The notes beneath the pieces were generated by a model, which saw only the letters and a list, made by a program, of their open reading frames with translations, did not search any database and was not told the DNA's origin. A DNA stretch of 64,000 nt from a phage, in sequence record PZ386977.1. One strand, written 5' to 3'. The translations under genes were made by a program, and so were the position numbers. Numbering within the stretch: the stretch's first letter is position 1; every line of letters starts with the position of its first letter. This document shows positions 41,163 to 50,304 of this stretch, piece after piece.

Positions 41163-42978
41163 AGGACATCCATTCTTTACGAAGTTCTGAATCATCACCC
41201 AACAACATTTCAAAGAGTTCTTTCCAATTTTCAGGAAGTTTAACTACGTCGTACACAGGGTTCTGAATCATTTCACGATACTCTGACTTTTCAAGGGAGC
41301 CTAATCCCTTGATGTATCGAATACTATGCTTAGGCAGCGTATCTTTAGCTTCTTCATACTCAGCTACAGTATAAAACCATTTTTGAGTTTTGCCAATTTG
41401 TGCAATAATTACAGGTGTTTTAACAAAGCGAATACGTCCTTGTTCAAACAATTCAGGCCAATTACTAAAGAAAGCAAGCAAAGCCGGATAGATACTTCCA
41501 AGGCCGTCATGATCGGCATCGGTCATAATTGCAATATTACGATAGTTCGTATTCTCTGCCTTTTCACCAAGAATAAGACCTGTGATAGCACAGATATCGA
41601 ATAACTCTTTGTTCTTCATCATATCAGCATATGACATACCCCAGCTATTCATCACCTTACCACGTAATGGGAATCCACCGTGTAGTTCACGGTCACGAAC
41701 ATCAATGAGATATCCAATCGCCGAATCACCTTCTGTTAAGAACAATGTCGTATCTGCATCTTTACCACATTGGTTAGCTTTAATATGCTTATGAACCTTA
41801 GCTTTAGTTGCCTTTTTAGCTGCTTTAGTTTCTGCAGCCTTTTCTGCTGCCAATTTACGAGCTAATGCTGCTTCAACAATAGGCATAATCAAAGCTTCGT
41901 TTTTAAGAAGTGCCTGAGCAATTTTCTTAGCATCTAATTGGATATGATTACGAATATCACCATACGTTGACGTTAAACGTTCTTTAGTCTGAGAATCAAA
42001 ACGCATGTTGCTCATGTCTCTAATAAACATCAACATTGTGAGGCATTCTTTAACACGAGCTTTAGTGACTTCAATACCCTTATATTTCTTTTTAATACCA
42101 GGCAAAAGATGTTCGCAGATATCGTCCATTACACATTCAACATGATGTCCACCATTTTTAGTATGGATGTTATTCACATAAGTTAAATGACGGAAGCCAT
42201 CTGGTGATGTTGTGAATGCTATAGAGACTTTATCATTTTCTTGAATGATATTATCTTCACCAAATTGTTTAGCAAATCGTTTAAAATTACCATCAACCTT
42301 TTTACCATTAAATGTGAACTTGATATCAGGATAAACGACTGCCAATGTTTGAAGTCGGTCTAAAGTAATATCTAAATAAATTTGAGATAAATTATGCTCT
42401 TCAAATGAAGTGAAATCAGGAGTGAAGATTACTTTAGTGCCTTTACCTTTAGATTTCTTAGAAGACCATGATTTGTTTTCCATTCCGTTTGAACAGTTAA
42501 CAGTGATTTCATTTTCGCCATCTGACGTGATGCCTGTAAACAACGTAGAGAAGATATTAGTTAAACTACTCCCGACGCCGTTCATACCACCAGTCTTGCG
42601 TTCAGAGTCATCACCAAAGTTACCACCGGCTTTTGGAATAGTCCAGGCTGCTACAGGTCCAGGAATTTGTTCACCCGTTTGGTCGGTAACTAAACCTTGA
42701 GGAATACCGCGTCCGTTATCTTCCACCGAAACTTGGTTATTTTTAATTTGCACATCAATTTTATTTGCAAACTTAAATGATGTACGAATAGCTTCATCAA
42801 CCGAGTTGTCAATAATCTCATCGATTAATTTAACCAGACCTGGAACATATTCAACTTGTTGATATTTACCAAACAAAAAACGCTCATGGGCTTCTTTGGC
42901 CGAAGAACCAATATACATGCCACTACGTTTCTTAATATGTTCTACATCTGACAATACCTTAATTTCATTTTTAATCAT
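41161..42978 (-). CDS. 39: DNA topoisomerase II large subunit (GyrB-like), single uninterrupted gene
   Basis: 605 aa; GHKL ATPase and Toprim motifs in one contiguous ORF. Confidence 0.9.
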   Translation of the reverse strand: MIKNEIKVLSDVEHIKKRSGMYIGSSAKEAHERFLFGKYQQVEYVPGLVKLIDEIIDNSVDEAIRTSFKFANKIDVQIKNNQVSVEDNGRGIPQGLVTDQTGEQIPGPVAAWTIPKAGGNFGDDSERKTGGMNGVGSSLTNIFSTLFTGITSDGENEITVNCSNGMENKSWSSKKSKGKGTKVIFTPDFTSFEEHNLSQIYLDITLDRLQTLAVVYPDIKFTFNGKKVDGNFKRFAKQFGEDNIIQENDKVSIAFTTSPDGFRHLTYVNNIHTKNGGHHVECVMDDICEHLLPGIKKKYKGIEVTKARVKECLTMLMFIRDMSNMRFDSQTKERLTSTYGDIRNHIQLDAKKIAQALLKNEALIMPIVEAALARKLAAEKAAETKAAKKATKAKVHKHIKANQCGKDADTTLFLTEGDSAIGYLIDVRDRELHGGFPLRGKVMNSWGMSYADMMKNKELFDICAITGLILGEKAENTNYRNIAIMTDADHDGLGSIYPALLAFFSNWPELFEQGRIRFVKTPVIIAQIGKTQKWFYTVAEYEEAKDTLPKHSIRYIKGLGSLEKSEYREMIQNPVYDVVKLPENWKELFEMLLGDDSELRKEWMS

Positions 42979-43027
42979 GTTGTCTCCTCGTTATGAAGGT
43001 ATTCTATCATCTGAAATCTAAAGCAAA

Positions 43028-43043
43028 AAGGGCCGAAGCCCTT
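43028..43043 (-). terminator. intrinsic terminator AAGGGC-UUCG-GCCCUU + UUUGCUU
   Basis: 6-bp stem, tetraloop, U-run on minus strand; overlaps stop of 43042..43464. Confidence 0.65.
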
Positions 43044-43464
43044 ATTTAAATTTAATTTTCTGAAGTGCATCAATTGCAGCCAAACGCCCTTGTTCACTTT
43101 TAACTTTAATGACCACATCGCCTGATACGATCACCGAACCATCAACAAATTCTATAGAGCCTTTTTTGAAATCGACAGATGTATCTGGTTCCGGAACTTC
43201 TTCAAAGAATTTAAATTCTGCACCATAAATCAGAATATCACCTTGCATACTAATGATTGTACGTCCAGGTCCATCGGTTTCAGCGGCAATCATTGAAACA
43301 CCGTAACCAATCATCTCTTCTACAATAAAATCTCTTGATAATAAAACTGTATGCAGAGTAGTGTTAAGACGTTTACCAGTTGTATTAAGAATTCTCAAGA
43401 AATTATCTTCTTGACCTTTGATAATACGATATTTCTTACCAACTTCAAAACCTTTAAAAGCCAT
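43042..43464 (-). CDS. hypothetical protein (140 aa)
   Basis: ORF track. Confidence 0.55.
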   Translation of the reverse strand: MAFKGFEVGKKYRIIKGQEDNFLRILNTTGKRLNTTLHTVLLSRDFIVEEMIGYGVSMIAAETDGPGRTIISMQGDILIYGAEFKFFEEVPEPDTSVDFKKGSIEFVDGSVIVSGDVVIKVKSEQGRLAAIDALQKIKFK

Positions 43465-43466
43465 AA

Positions 43467-43646
43467 TTAACCCTTTTTAAGTAAGTCGTAAAAACCACCG
43501 TTCACATGTTTAGGAGCAGAAACCCGACGAGTAGACAGACGATGACATTCAGGGCAAACATCGTTTTCTCGTTCAGAAATCCTTTTAATTTTTTCATATT
43601 CATGACCACAATCTTCAGATTGGCATTTATAGTCGTATAACGGCAT
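43467..43646 (-). CDS. small zinc-ribbon protein (59 aa), FmdB-like CxxC...CxxC
   Basis: Own translation MPLYDYKCQSEDCGHEYEKIKRISERENDVCPECHRLSTRRVSAPK...; below track cutoff. Confidence 0.55.
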   Translation of the reverse strand: MPLYDYKCQSEDCGHEYEKIKRISERENDVCPECHRLSTRRVSAPKHVNGGFYDLLKKG

Positions 43647-43648
43647 TA

Positions 43649-44053
43649 TTATTCCTTAAAATGTGCTTTCAACATTTGATACAAAGACCATGCCTGGTCG
43701 TTATTTTCGATAGTAACTTTCATTACTGGGAATTCTGTGAAATCTTCTATCTGTTCTTGCTCTTCAGAAGCTTGGTATGGATTTTCCACTTCATCAAAGA
43801 ACTCGGCTTCATTCGTGGAGAGCCAGATAAAGTTTTCATCAAGGATATCACCGCCTGTTGCGTATCCAACCATGCCAGTAGATGTCACAATTTTAGTAGG
43901 ACGACCAAGATGGTCAACATCTAATACTTTAAATGGTTCCATGCCAAGACGTCGTGCGTAAATCCCATTATCAGTGTGGTTTTTAATAAACTCTTCTTGG
44001 GCACGTTTATCTTTAAATTTGTACCATGAGTTAACGCGGAATTTATTAGCCAT
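43649..44053 (-). CDS. hypothetical protein (134 aa from ATG 44051-44053)
   Basis: Track ORF 43649..44071 starts at TTG; internal ATG (MANKFRV) has GGAAGGAAA SD. Confidence 0.55.
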   Translation of the reverse strand: MANKFRVNSWYKFKDKRAQEEFIKNHTDNGIYARRLGMEPFKVLDVDHLGRPTKIVTSTGMVGYATGGDILDENFIWLSTNEAEFFDEVENPYQASEEQEQIEDFTEFPVMKVTIENNDQAWSLYQMLKAHFKE

Positions 44054-44280
44054 TAGTAAGTTTCCTTCCAATAAGTTGTACCGTTTTCAGTGATTTCACG
44101 GAAGATACCATAGATAGGCATTTCATCACCGAGTTTTTCGTAAACGTAAACCACTTCGGTGTAGCATAAAAATTCAGTCCAGTTTTTCTGTACAACAACT
44201 AAATCAGGATTAAACAGAACATCTTCAAACTCATCGATGTTTGAATCAGTAGTTACGTTTTTAATGATTTGACGTTTCAT
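44053..44280 (-). CDS. hypothetical protein (75 aa)
   Basis: Track ORF extends to 44325 into the promoter; ATG at 44278-44280 (MKRQIIKN) has GAGGAG SD. Confidence 0.5.
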   Translation of the reverse strand: MKRQIIKNVTTDSNIDEFEDVLFNPDLVVVQKNWTEFLCYTEVVYVYEKLGDEMPIYGIFREITENGTTYWKETY

Positions 44281-44308
44281 AATATTCTCCTCTTGTTTTG
44301 ATAGGTCT

Positions 44309-44338
44309 ATAGTATCATAGACCATAGTTGTTGTACAT
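44309..44338 (-). promoter_or_regulatory. early promoter, PeSL-like (TGTACA -35, TACTAT -10 inside ggtctat/atagacc repeat)
   Basis: tgtaca 44333-44338, atagta 44309-44314. Confidence 0.5.
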
Positions 44339-44862
44339 CATTTTAGCAAAATAAAATCAACTTGTTCTGCCAATGAACGTCTAAACATTAATTGACAACT
44401 TCCGAGGATGAAATCAGGTGCTTCATAGACCGCGATGTAGTATCCTTTAGCTTTCAAGAGTTCAACATCCACCTGGTCATCAAACCATGCATAAACCGCG
44501 TCAACACTTTCAAATCCAAAATAGAACCCTTGAGCCCAATCTTCGTTCAATTCAAATGTGTGCTCAATTCTATAGTATCTTAAGATATTTTGTTCAAGGA
44601 GTTTGTCTTCATTTACTGTAGGACGATTAGGGACATTATAGTTGTCGCCGTGATGGTAGAAGTTACCTGAGAGTATTCCATGCTTATCAAGGAACTCCCA
44701 TGTTTCTTCAGAGTTGTCGGTGCCCGACCAACCGTAAGGTGAGCGAGGTTCTTTATTCCAGGAGATTTCCCAAATTCTGACGGCTTTACCATCTTCGATA
44801 GCAACTCCTGGTAAAGATTCACGTTGAGTACAAAAACTACGTTCTACGCGGTAAACTAACAT
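44338..44862 (-). CDS. hypothetical protein (174 aa)
   Basis: ORF track; promoter upstream. Confidence 0.55.
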   Translation of the reverse strand: MLVYRVERSFCTQRESLPGVAIEDGKAVRIWEISWNKEPRSPYGWSGTDNSEETWEFLDKHGILSGNFYHHGDNYNVPNRPTVNEDKLLEQNILRYYRIEHTFELNEDWAQGFYFGFESVDAVYAWFDDQVDVELLKAKGYYIAVYEAPDFILGSCQLMFRRSLAEQVDFILLK

Positions 44863-44888
44863 ATTATTCTCCTCTAGTCGATAGATTT

Positions 44889-44917
44889 ATAGTATCAAAA
44901 CTAGAGGAGAAGTAAAC
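44889..44917 (-). promoter_or_regulatory. early promoter (GTTTAC -35, TACTAT -10) inside cctctagt/actagagg repeat
   Basis: gtaaac 44912-44917, atagta 44889-44894. Confidence 0.55.
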
Positions 44918-44921
44918 AACT

Positions 44922-45341
44922 TTATGCAAAAGATGCTGGACAATATTTTTTGATTTGGAACTCAGGAACTACCATGAACTGCCCGGCAAAAACAATGTTA
45001 TAAAGCTTGACACCATCTTCTACCCATTGGTCACTAATAAATCCGGCGATTTGCTTAGTTTTCCATGGCGTTCCATCAGTTGCAGCAGCAATAGTAAATT
45101 CATGGTCTTTTACAACTAAAACAGACCTGCACAGTTTCCATTTGAACGCTTTTTCTTCTGGTTCAATGAATTGGCTTTTAACGTAACCAATGTTGCCATC
45201 AGCATCACGAACTTTAACTTCATTGCGACCAAAAACCGGATCACTTACATAAAGAACTTCAACCAACTTACCAGCGACTTTAGAGCGAGAAGCATCTGAT
45301 ACGTGTACATAATCACCAATAGAGAGATTTGCAATATTCAT
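44922..45341 (-). CDS. paralogue family member 1 (139 aa): KOW/SH3-like N-terminus plus conserved C-terminal DQW(V/I)EDG domain
   Basis: Shares GFISDQWVEDGxKLYNIVFxGxF and ASRSKxAGxLVEV with the next two genes. Confidence 0.6.
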   Translation of the reverse strand: MNIANLSIGDYVHVSDASRSKVAGKLVEVLYVSDPVFGRNEVKVRDADGNIGYVKSQFIEPEEKAFKWKLCRSVLVVKDHEFTIAAATDGTPWKTKQIAGFISDQWVEDGVKLYNIVFAGQFMVVPEFQIKKYCPASFA

Positions 45342-45350
45342 AATAATTCC

Positions 45351-45806
45351 TTAAGCTTTACGAGGAGACACATAGCGAGTGATTTCAGATTCTTTAACAA
45401 CTCGGAAGTCACCTAAGAATACGATATTGTATAACTTTTCACCATCTTCAACCCATTGGTCACTAATGAAGCCGCACATAATATCAGTTTTGTTTGGATA
45501 ACCGTATTCATCGATGAAGTCAAATTCTTTATCAGTCTGGAATTCAACACCTTTGCAAAGGGCCCATTTGAACTGTACATTGGGTTCAGTAGAAGCAAAA
45601 TGAGCGCTCACATGAGTTTCCAAGAATTTAGGACTTACGTAAGCGTACTGAGTTTCAGTTTTTCCAGAACTAGGAATGATTCGAACTTTAACTTCTTTAA
45701 CACGACCAGTACCATTAGTACGAAGTCCGACAACTTCAACCAGACGACCTGCAGCTTTAGAACGAGATGCAGACGATACACGCTTAATTTCACCAATAGT
45801 AATCAT
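45351..45806 (-). CDS. paralogue family member 2 (151 aa from ATG 45804-45806)
   Basis: Same motifs; track ORF start at 45869 lies upstream of the predicted promoter. Confidence 0.55.
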   Translation of the reverse strand: MITIGEIKRVSSASRSKAAGRLVEVVGLRTNGTGRVKEVKVRIIPSSGKTETQYAYVSPKFLETHVSAHFASTEPNVQFKWALCKGVEFQTDKEFDFIDEYGYPNKTDIMCGFISDQWVEDGEKLYNIVFLGDFRVVKESEITRYVSPRKA

Positions 45807-45836
45807 AATTTCTCTCTCTTTGTTTAAGTTGAATTC

Positions 45837-45865
45837 ATTATACTCCATCCGTCCTTGGATGTACA
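45837..45865 (-). promoter_or_regulatory. early promoter (TGTACA -35, TATAAT -10)
   Basis: tgtaca 45860-45865, attata 45837-45842. Confidence 0.5.
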
Positions 45866-45868
45866 ACA

Positions 45869-46363
45869 TTAATTAAGGATATTAACCACAGCACTACGTG
45901 GAACTACACTAAAATCACCTGCATGAACAACGTTCAGAAGTTCAACACCGTCTTCAATCCATTGGTCAGTTACCCATCCATTTACTGGACCGGCGAATGG
46001 GCGTCGAATTGAAACATATTTACACAACAAATCAGTAGGCTCAATAGGCTTAATCAGAGTACCGTACATACAAGCGATGTCCATATCAAAGTGGAGACCA
46101 TCTTTAACAGGTGCTTCTTCAATCAACAGTTCAAAGTCGGTGCTTGGAAGGGCGGTAGTAGAAATTGTACCGTATGAATTTTTAATTTCTAAGAATAACC
46201 AAGGGCCTTCAACTTGTTTGATGAAGTTAACAATAGTGAAACTATTACCTTGAGTGGCACCTAAAATTTCACAAAACTTTTCATAAGCTCGCACTGAAGC
46301 ACCATACCAGTTGATTTGTTTTTCATCTTTCAGGATGTAAGTAGCCGTAGTATTGATATTCAT
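45869..46363 (-). CDS. paralogue family member 3 (164 aa from ATG 46361-46363)
   Basis: C-terminal GWVTDQWIEDGVELLNVVHAGDFSVV; track start at 46405 lies inside promoter. Confidence 0.55.
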   Translation of the reverse strand: MNINTTATYILKDEKQINWYGASVRAYEKFCEILGATQGNSFTIVNFIKQVEGPWLFLEIKNSYGTISTTALPSTDFELLIEEAPVKDGLHFDMDIACMYGTLIKPIEPTDLLCKYVSIRRPFAGPVNGWVTDQWIEDGVELLNVVHAGDFSVVPRSAVVNILN

Positions 46364-46393
46364 AATGTTTTCCTGTTTGGTTAAAATAGAAAG

Positions 46394-46423
46394 ATTATAC
46401 TCCAACCATCCTTGGTTGTAAAC
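46394..46423 (-). promoter_or_regulatory. early promoter (GTTTAC -35, TATAAT -10, 18-nt spacer)
   Basis: gtaaac 46418-46423, attata 46394-46399. Confidence 0.5.
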
Positions 46424-46427
46424 TGGT

Positions 46428-47105
46428 TTATCGCTGTTTTACACTTAACGGGTCAGGATTCTCAGGGACATCTTCAAGGCCAAGCGCATAACGCTGAGCA
46501 TATTTTAACATCAAAATATCTTTAGCACAATCGTGAATACTATCATGGGCAACGAATCCTTTTAGCGTACCCATCGGTAATGGACACATACTTAATCCTC
46601 GTGTCAACGAGTAAGCTTCGATTGCCGTACGAATATCACGTTGAGCCCAGAATTTAACAGGTTCTAATTTATCGGTATCAATATCTGGTTCAAGAACACC
46701 TTCATCACGATAGAGGTCACGAATCAAATCGACCAAGATCGGGAAGTCAAAGCTCATACCACGGCACCACATCTGTGATTTCCATTGGTCAACTTTATTA
46801 GCTCGACAATAATCTAAAAAGATTTTAATGCCTTCAAGCGTAGTGACATCGTCTTCAGACGGGGCCAGGTTTTTACGTGCTTCTGCTGATTGTTCTTTCC
46901 ACCATTTCATAGTGGATTTAGCGAAAACTCGCTTCCCTTTTTGAGAAGCTAAATTAAATTTAATTCGCTTACCTCGTTGAACAAGTTCTTCAAATGTTTC
47001 AACAACTTCAGGGTCCGAATTATATGCAATAACCGCAAGGTCAATAACAGCAGCTTTTGACGTATTGCCGAATGTTTCAAAATCTATAATAACATCAGTG
47101 CTCAT
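46428..47105 (-). CDS. dexA: exonuclease A (DnaQ-like 3'-5' exonuclease)
   Basis: 225 aa; IIDFETFG exo I motif, FVAHDSIHDC C-terminal motif; matches T4 DexA. Confidence 0.9.
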   Translation of the reverse strand: MSTDVIIDFETFGNTSKAAVIDLAVIAYNSDPEVVETFEELVQRGKRIKFNLASQKGKRVFAKSTMKWWKEQSAEARKNLAPSEDDVTTLEGIKIFLDYCRANKVDQWKSQMWCRGMSFDFPILVDLIRDLYRDEGVLEPDIDTDKLEPVKFWAQRDIRTAIEAYSLTRGLSMCPLPMGTLKGFVAHDSIHDCAKDILMLKYAQRYALGLEDVPENPDPLSVKQR

Positions 47106-47114
47106 AATTTTCTC

Positions 47115-48428
47115 TCAAATAAAATGGACGTCAAAACGACCACGAGTTGTGCCGACATACAATAACTGTTTAGCTAATTCTGAATCGGCATAATGGATAC
47201 ACGGTGTATAAACAAAGGCCGTGTCAACAGACATACCCTGGGCCTTATGGAAGGTTGATACTGGTAGTGCCTTCACCTTAGTGAACATACGTTTAGCATC
47301 CCAGAATTCACTCCATGGAGCTTTACCACCTTTATTCCAGAATTTGTATGTTTCTGCGGTCTTAGCCAAAAACAAATTGAATTTATAAAGCTCTTCTTCA
47401 GAAGAAATAACCTTTATATCTTCGCGGACGTATTCTTCATCATCGCCATATGTTTCTACTGTAAGATTCCAGTATCGTATCATATATTCGCCTGAAACAC
47501 CACGTGCTTTAACGAATGTAGACGTTTCTACAGCGTCTCGAATACGAACGAACTGCCCGTTATTGAAAAGCATTTCGGTCATATTTTTGCCATCTAGCTT
47601 ATACGTCTTGGTAAACGGCTCTTGTAGAACAATGACTTCATCTTTAATAAATGGCTTTTCTGTTTCGAGAAGTTTTCGGCGAATAATTGAATTCAACTTA
47701 TCTACTGACTTATTTGTGAATGCCATCATTCGATTTTCGAAAAGGTCTTCAGGAGTTTTAACGACATTAAAATAGTTCATCATATACGATTTAAGGTCTG
47801 TATATCCATGAACACCGTGCCCATCAACTACTTTATCATAAATCCATTTGCCATTACGAATATCAGTCGCAACATCAATAATTGGCGCATTGCTACGTTT
47901 AACTTCTGTAAGGTTGCATTGCACGAAGTCTTTGTGAGTGAAGAAAGGACTTAGATACGCAGTGGATTCGCCTGGGTCTACAGGTCTAATCTGACATCGG
48001 TCGCCAATTCCAATTACTGTGCACCATTTAGGGATACTAGCTAACATTATTTTAAACAGAGAACGGTCGCACATTGACGCTTCATCAAATAACAGTACAC
48101 GGCACAAGGCTAAGTCGGGAACCTTTTTCTGTTCAAATAATACGTTTTCTTCGTATGTAGTTGGGTTGATTTTAAGAATGCTATGAATAGTCGATGCTTC
48201 TTGACCTGCAAGTTTGCTTAGAACCTTTTTAGCAGCATGTGTAGGGGCTGCTAAAATAATACCTGATTCTCCAGAAGAAATAAGGGCTTCAACGATGAAT
48301 CTAGTAAGGGTCGTTTTACCTGTACCAGCAGGTCCATTAATAGTTACGTGATGTTTCTTTTCTTTAATAGCTTTCATAACAACGTTGAAGGCGTTTTTCT
48401 GGCCTTCAGTCAAATCATCAAATGTCAT
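47115..48428 (-). CDS. dda: Dda SF1B DNA helicase
   Basis: 437 aa; Walker A GPAGTGKTT, DEASM Walker B. Confidence 0.9.
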   Translation of the reverse strand: MTFDDLTEGQKNAFNVVMKAIKEKKHHVTINGPAGTGKTTLTRFIVEALISSGESGIILAAPTHAAKKVLSKLAGQEASTIHSILKINPTTYEENVLFEQKKVPDLALCRVLLFDEASMCDRSLFKIMLASIPKWCTVIGIGDRCQIRPVDPGESTAYLSPFFTHKDFVQCNLTEVKRSNAPIIDVATDIRNGKWIYDKVVDGHGVHGYTDLKSYMMNYFNVVKTPEDLFENRMMAFTNKSVDKLNSIIRRKLLETEKPFIKDEVIVLQEPFTKTYKLDGKNMTEMLFNNGQFVRIRDAVETSTFVKARGVSGEYMIRYWNLTVETYGDDEEYVREDIKVISSEEELYKFNLFLAKTAETYKFWNKGGKAPWSEFWDAKRMFTKVKALPVSTFHKAQGMSVDTAFVYTPCIHYADSELAKQLLYVGTTRGRFDVHFI

Positions 48429-48736
48429 CGTAAAGTCCCTGCAATTGGAATACTAACAATACGGCCAGTATCTAGAATTCGTTGATATAATCTTTGCGTC
48501 TCCGCATCTAGTTTAACGTGTTTCATTTCAAGCTTATTAAACCAGAACTTACGCGGAGTTTCGACCATTCTTAGAACTCCCATTTTTAAATCTGTTTTAT
48601 ACTGTGTTTTCAAAGTATCGAAAACTTTATCTGCAATATCCTTTCTAAAAAATACTGCAGGACGATGCTCATCAAGTGGAACCGGGACAGTAAATCCTTC
48701 CATATCTCGATAAACTATTGCATATACATAAACCAT
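48425..48736 (-). CDS. hypothetical protein (103 aa), dda.1 position
   Basis: ORF track; overlaps dda start. Confidence 0.55.
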   Translation of the reverse strand: MVYVYAIVYRDMEGFTVPVPLDEHRPAVFFRKDIADKVFDTLKTQYKTDLKMGVLRMVETPRKFWFNKLEMKHVKLDAETQRLYQRILDTGRIVSIPIAGTLR

Positions 48737-48738
48737 AA

Positions 48739-49485
48739 TTAACCTTTAATCAGTTGGAATAATGATGCGCTAAGTGGTAGGCCACGTTTCAATTTTAATT
48801 TACCAATGAAACCAATCTTTTCAAAACGTTGCAGACCTTGGATAACTTTATCATATGTATCGAAAAGCGATTCAGCGTCAGTTAATTTAGTTTTAGTTTT
48901 CCAGTCAGAGCCTTTAAGAAGAACGTTGAGTTTAGTAAGTTCATGGCCTTCTGCTTGATGTGAGCCATTAATGCGGGCTTTCAAAGCAACAATTCTAAGT
49001 TTAGATTCGTTAGATAAAGGTTGATTTTTCATCATGTTCGCCATATGCTTAACACGATTTTCACGTTTTGCTCGGATTTTTAAAATAGTATCATAAACCT
49101 TTTTGATTTGAGCCCATTTCTTCTCGTCGAGATTAAGTTTCTCTACTTTACGGGCAGAAGGATTAGCGATACGCCTTGCAATGGCATCACGTTTCTCAAT
49201 AAGTTCTTCTAATGTTAAATCAGAACGAGCCGTGTTATATTTTTTCTTAACTGGGATAACATTACCTTTAATGTAGCCGATATCGTTATTAAAACGTTCT
49301 AAGGATAATTTCTCACCTTCAACAGAGTTATTGAAAGATTCACCTGAGTAAGCGCAGACCTTTTGATCAAGAACGTTTTTAAGGTAATTAAAGTCTAAGT
49401 TAAAATCCTTAGAGCGTCTCTTCGCAGAAGCTCTGGTGTGGTCAAGACGACGATTGATTTTGTTAATTTTATTATTTGATAACAT
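48739..49485 (-). CDS. hypothetical basic protein (248 aa)
   Basis: ORF track; promoter upstream; no confident motif. Confidence 0.5.
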   Translation of the reverse strand: MLSNNKINKINRRLDHTRASAKRRSKDFNLDFNYLKNVLDQKVCAYSGESFNNSVEGEKLSLERFNNDIGYIKGNVIPVKKKYNTARSDLTLEELIEKRDAIARRIANPSARKVEKLNLDEKKWAQIKKVYDTILKIRAKRENRVKHMANMMKNQPLSNESKLRIVALKARINGSHQAEGHELTKLNVLLKGSDWKTKTKLTDAESLFDTYDKVIQGLQRFEKIGFIGKLKLKRGLPLSASLFQLIKG

Positions 49486-49535
49486 AATATTTTCCTCTGT
49501 CTTACGGACGTTAAGGTCATTTAGCTGATAAGCTT

Positions 49536-49563
49536 ATAATATCATGCCCTCAGGTAGTGTACA
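49536..49563 (-). promoter_or_regulatory. early promoter (TGTACA -35, TATTAT -10, 16-nt spacer)
   Basis: tgtaca 49558-49563, ataata 49536-49541. Confidence 0.45.
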
Positions 49564-49638
49564 CTCTTTTTTCATAAAATGCTTTAATTTTTTATGTGTT
49601 ATAATGGTTCTGAGTTCCATCCGGTTATTCCAATCCAG

Positions 49639-50247
49639 TCAGTAACCGACAATAGACAGATTCCAGATTGTATAACGTCCATCTTGAATAATAGAATCTA
49701 CACGCAGTGTAGTCCCTATAGGGAGCATAAATTCACATTCGTCAGATATAAGTCTAGCATTAGACCGTCTTGTCGCTTCAGGGAAAGCTCCATTGAACTC
49801 ACAAGATGGCGCAGCCAGAATCATGTTAAGCATATGTTCACGGAAGTTGAAAGCAAATGGTGCATCTTTGATGCAGAACATATTAAATGTTCCATAAAAA
49901 TTATATGAAGCGAAGTTACGTGCTACACCAAACACCGGACTAAAGCTCATTACTCTGTCAAATTTAATAATACTACCAACACCTTTATCATCGAGTGTGG
50001 CCATAGTTTTCTTAGAGATTCCACGATACATTGTCTCAGGAACTGAAGACGTCCAATTTCTACGAACGATTGAACTTAACTCCTGTTGAATACAGTCTGG
50101 CTTGTTTTCCATACACTGCCAAAGGATGCTTTGTTCATTATCGTTGAATTGACTATCAATTTCGTACTGCAATTCATCTTGATATTCAGGGCATTGAGCA
50201 CGACGAACCATTTCTTCAATTTCACATTCATTATACGGCATAAACAT
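49639..50247 (-). CDS. modA: ADP-ribosyltransferase, ModA/ModB family
   Basis: 202 aa; R (MYRGISKK), S-x-S (MSFSP), E-x-E (SDECEF) catalytic triad motifs. Confidence 0.7.
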   Translation of the reverse strand: MFMPYNECEIEEMVRRAQCPEYQDELQYEIDSQFNDNEQSILWQCMENKPDCIQQELSSIVRRNWTSSVPETMYRGISKKTMATLDDKGVGSIIKFDRVMSFSPVFGVARNFASYNFYGTFNMFCIKDAPFAFNFREHMLNMILAAPSCEFNGAFPEATRRSNARLISDECEFMLPIGTTLRVDSIIQDGRYTIWNLSIVGY

Positions 50248-50275
50248 TTAGGTTTCTCCTGTGGTTGATAAAGGT

Positions 50276-50304
50276 ATAGTATCATCGTCGGTAGAGTTTG
50301 TACA
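50276..50304 (-). promoter_or_regulatory. early promoter (TGTACA -35, TACTAT -10)
   Basis: tgtaca 50299-50304, atagta 50276-50281. Confidence 0.5.

Noticed and set aside
45456-45827. Plus-strand ORF (123 aa) antisense to paralogue 2
   Set aside because: Shadow ORF; the minus-strand frame carries the conserved paralogue motifs.
48739-49485. HNH homing endonuclease assignment for the 248-aa protein
   Set aside because: The CAYSGESF...ERFNNDIGYIKGN stretch superficially resembles HNH spacing but lacks the conserved His residues.
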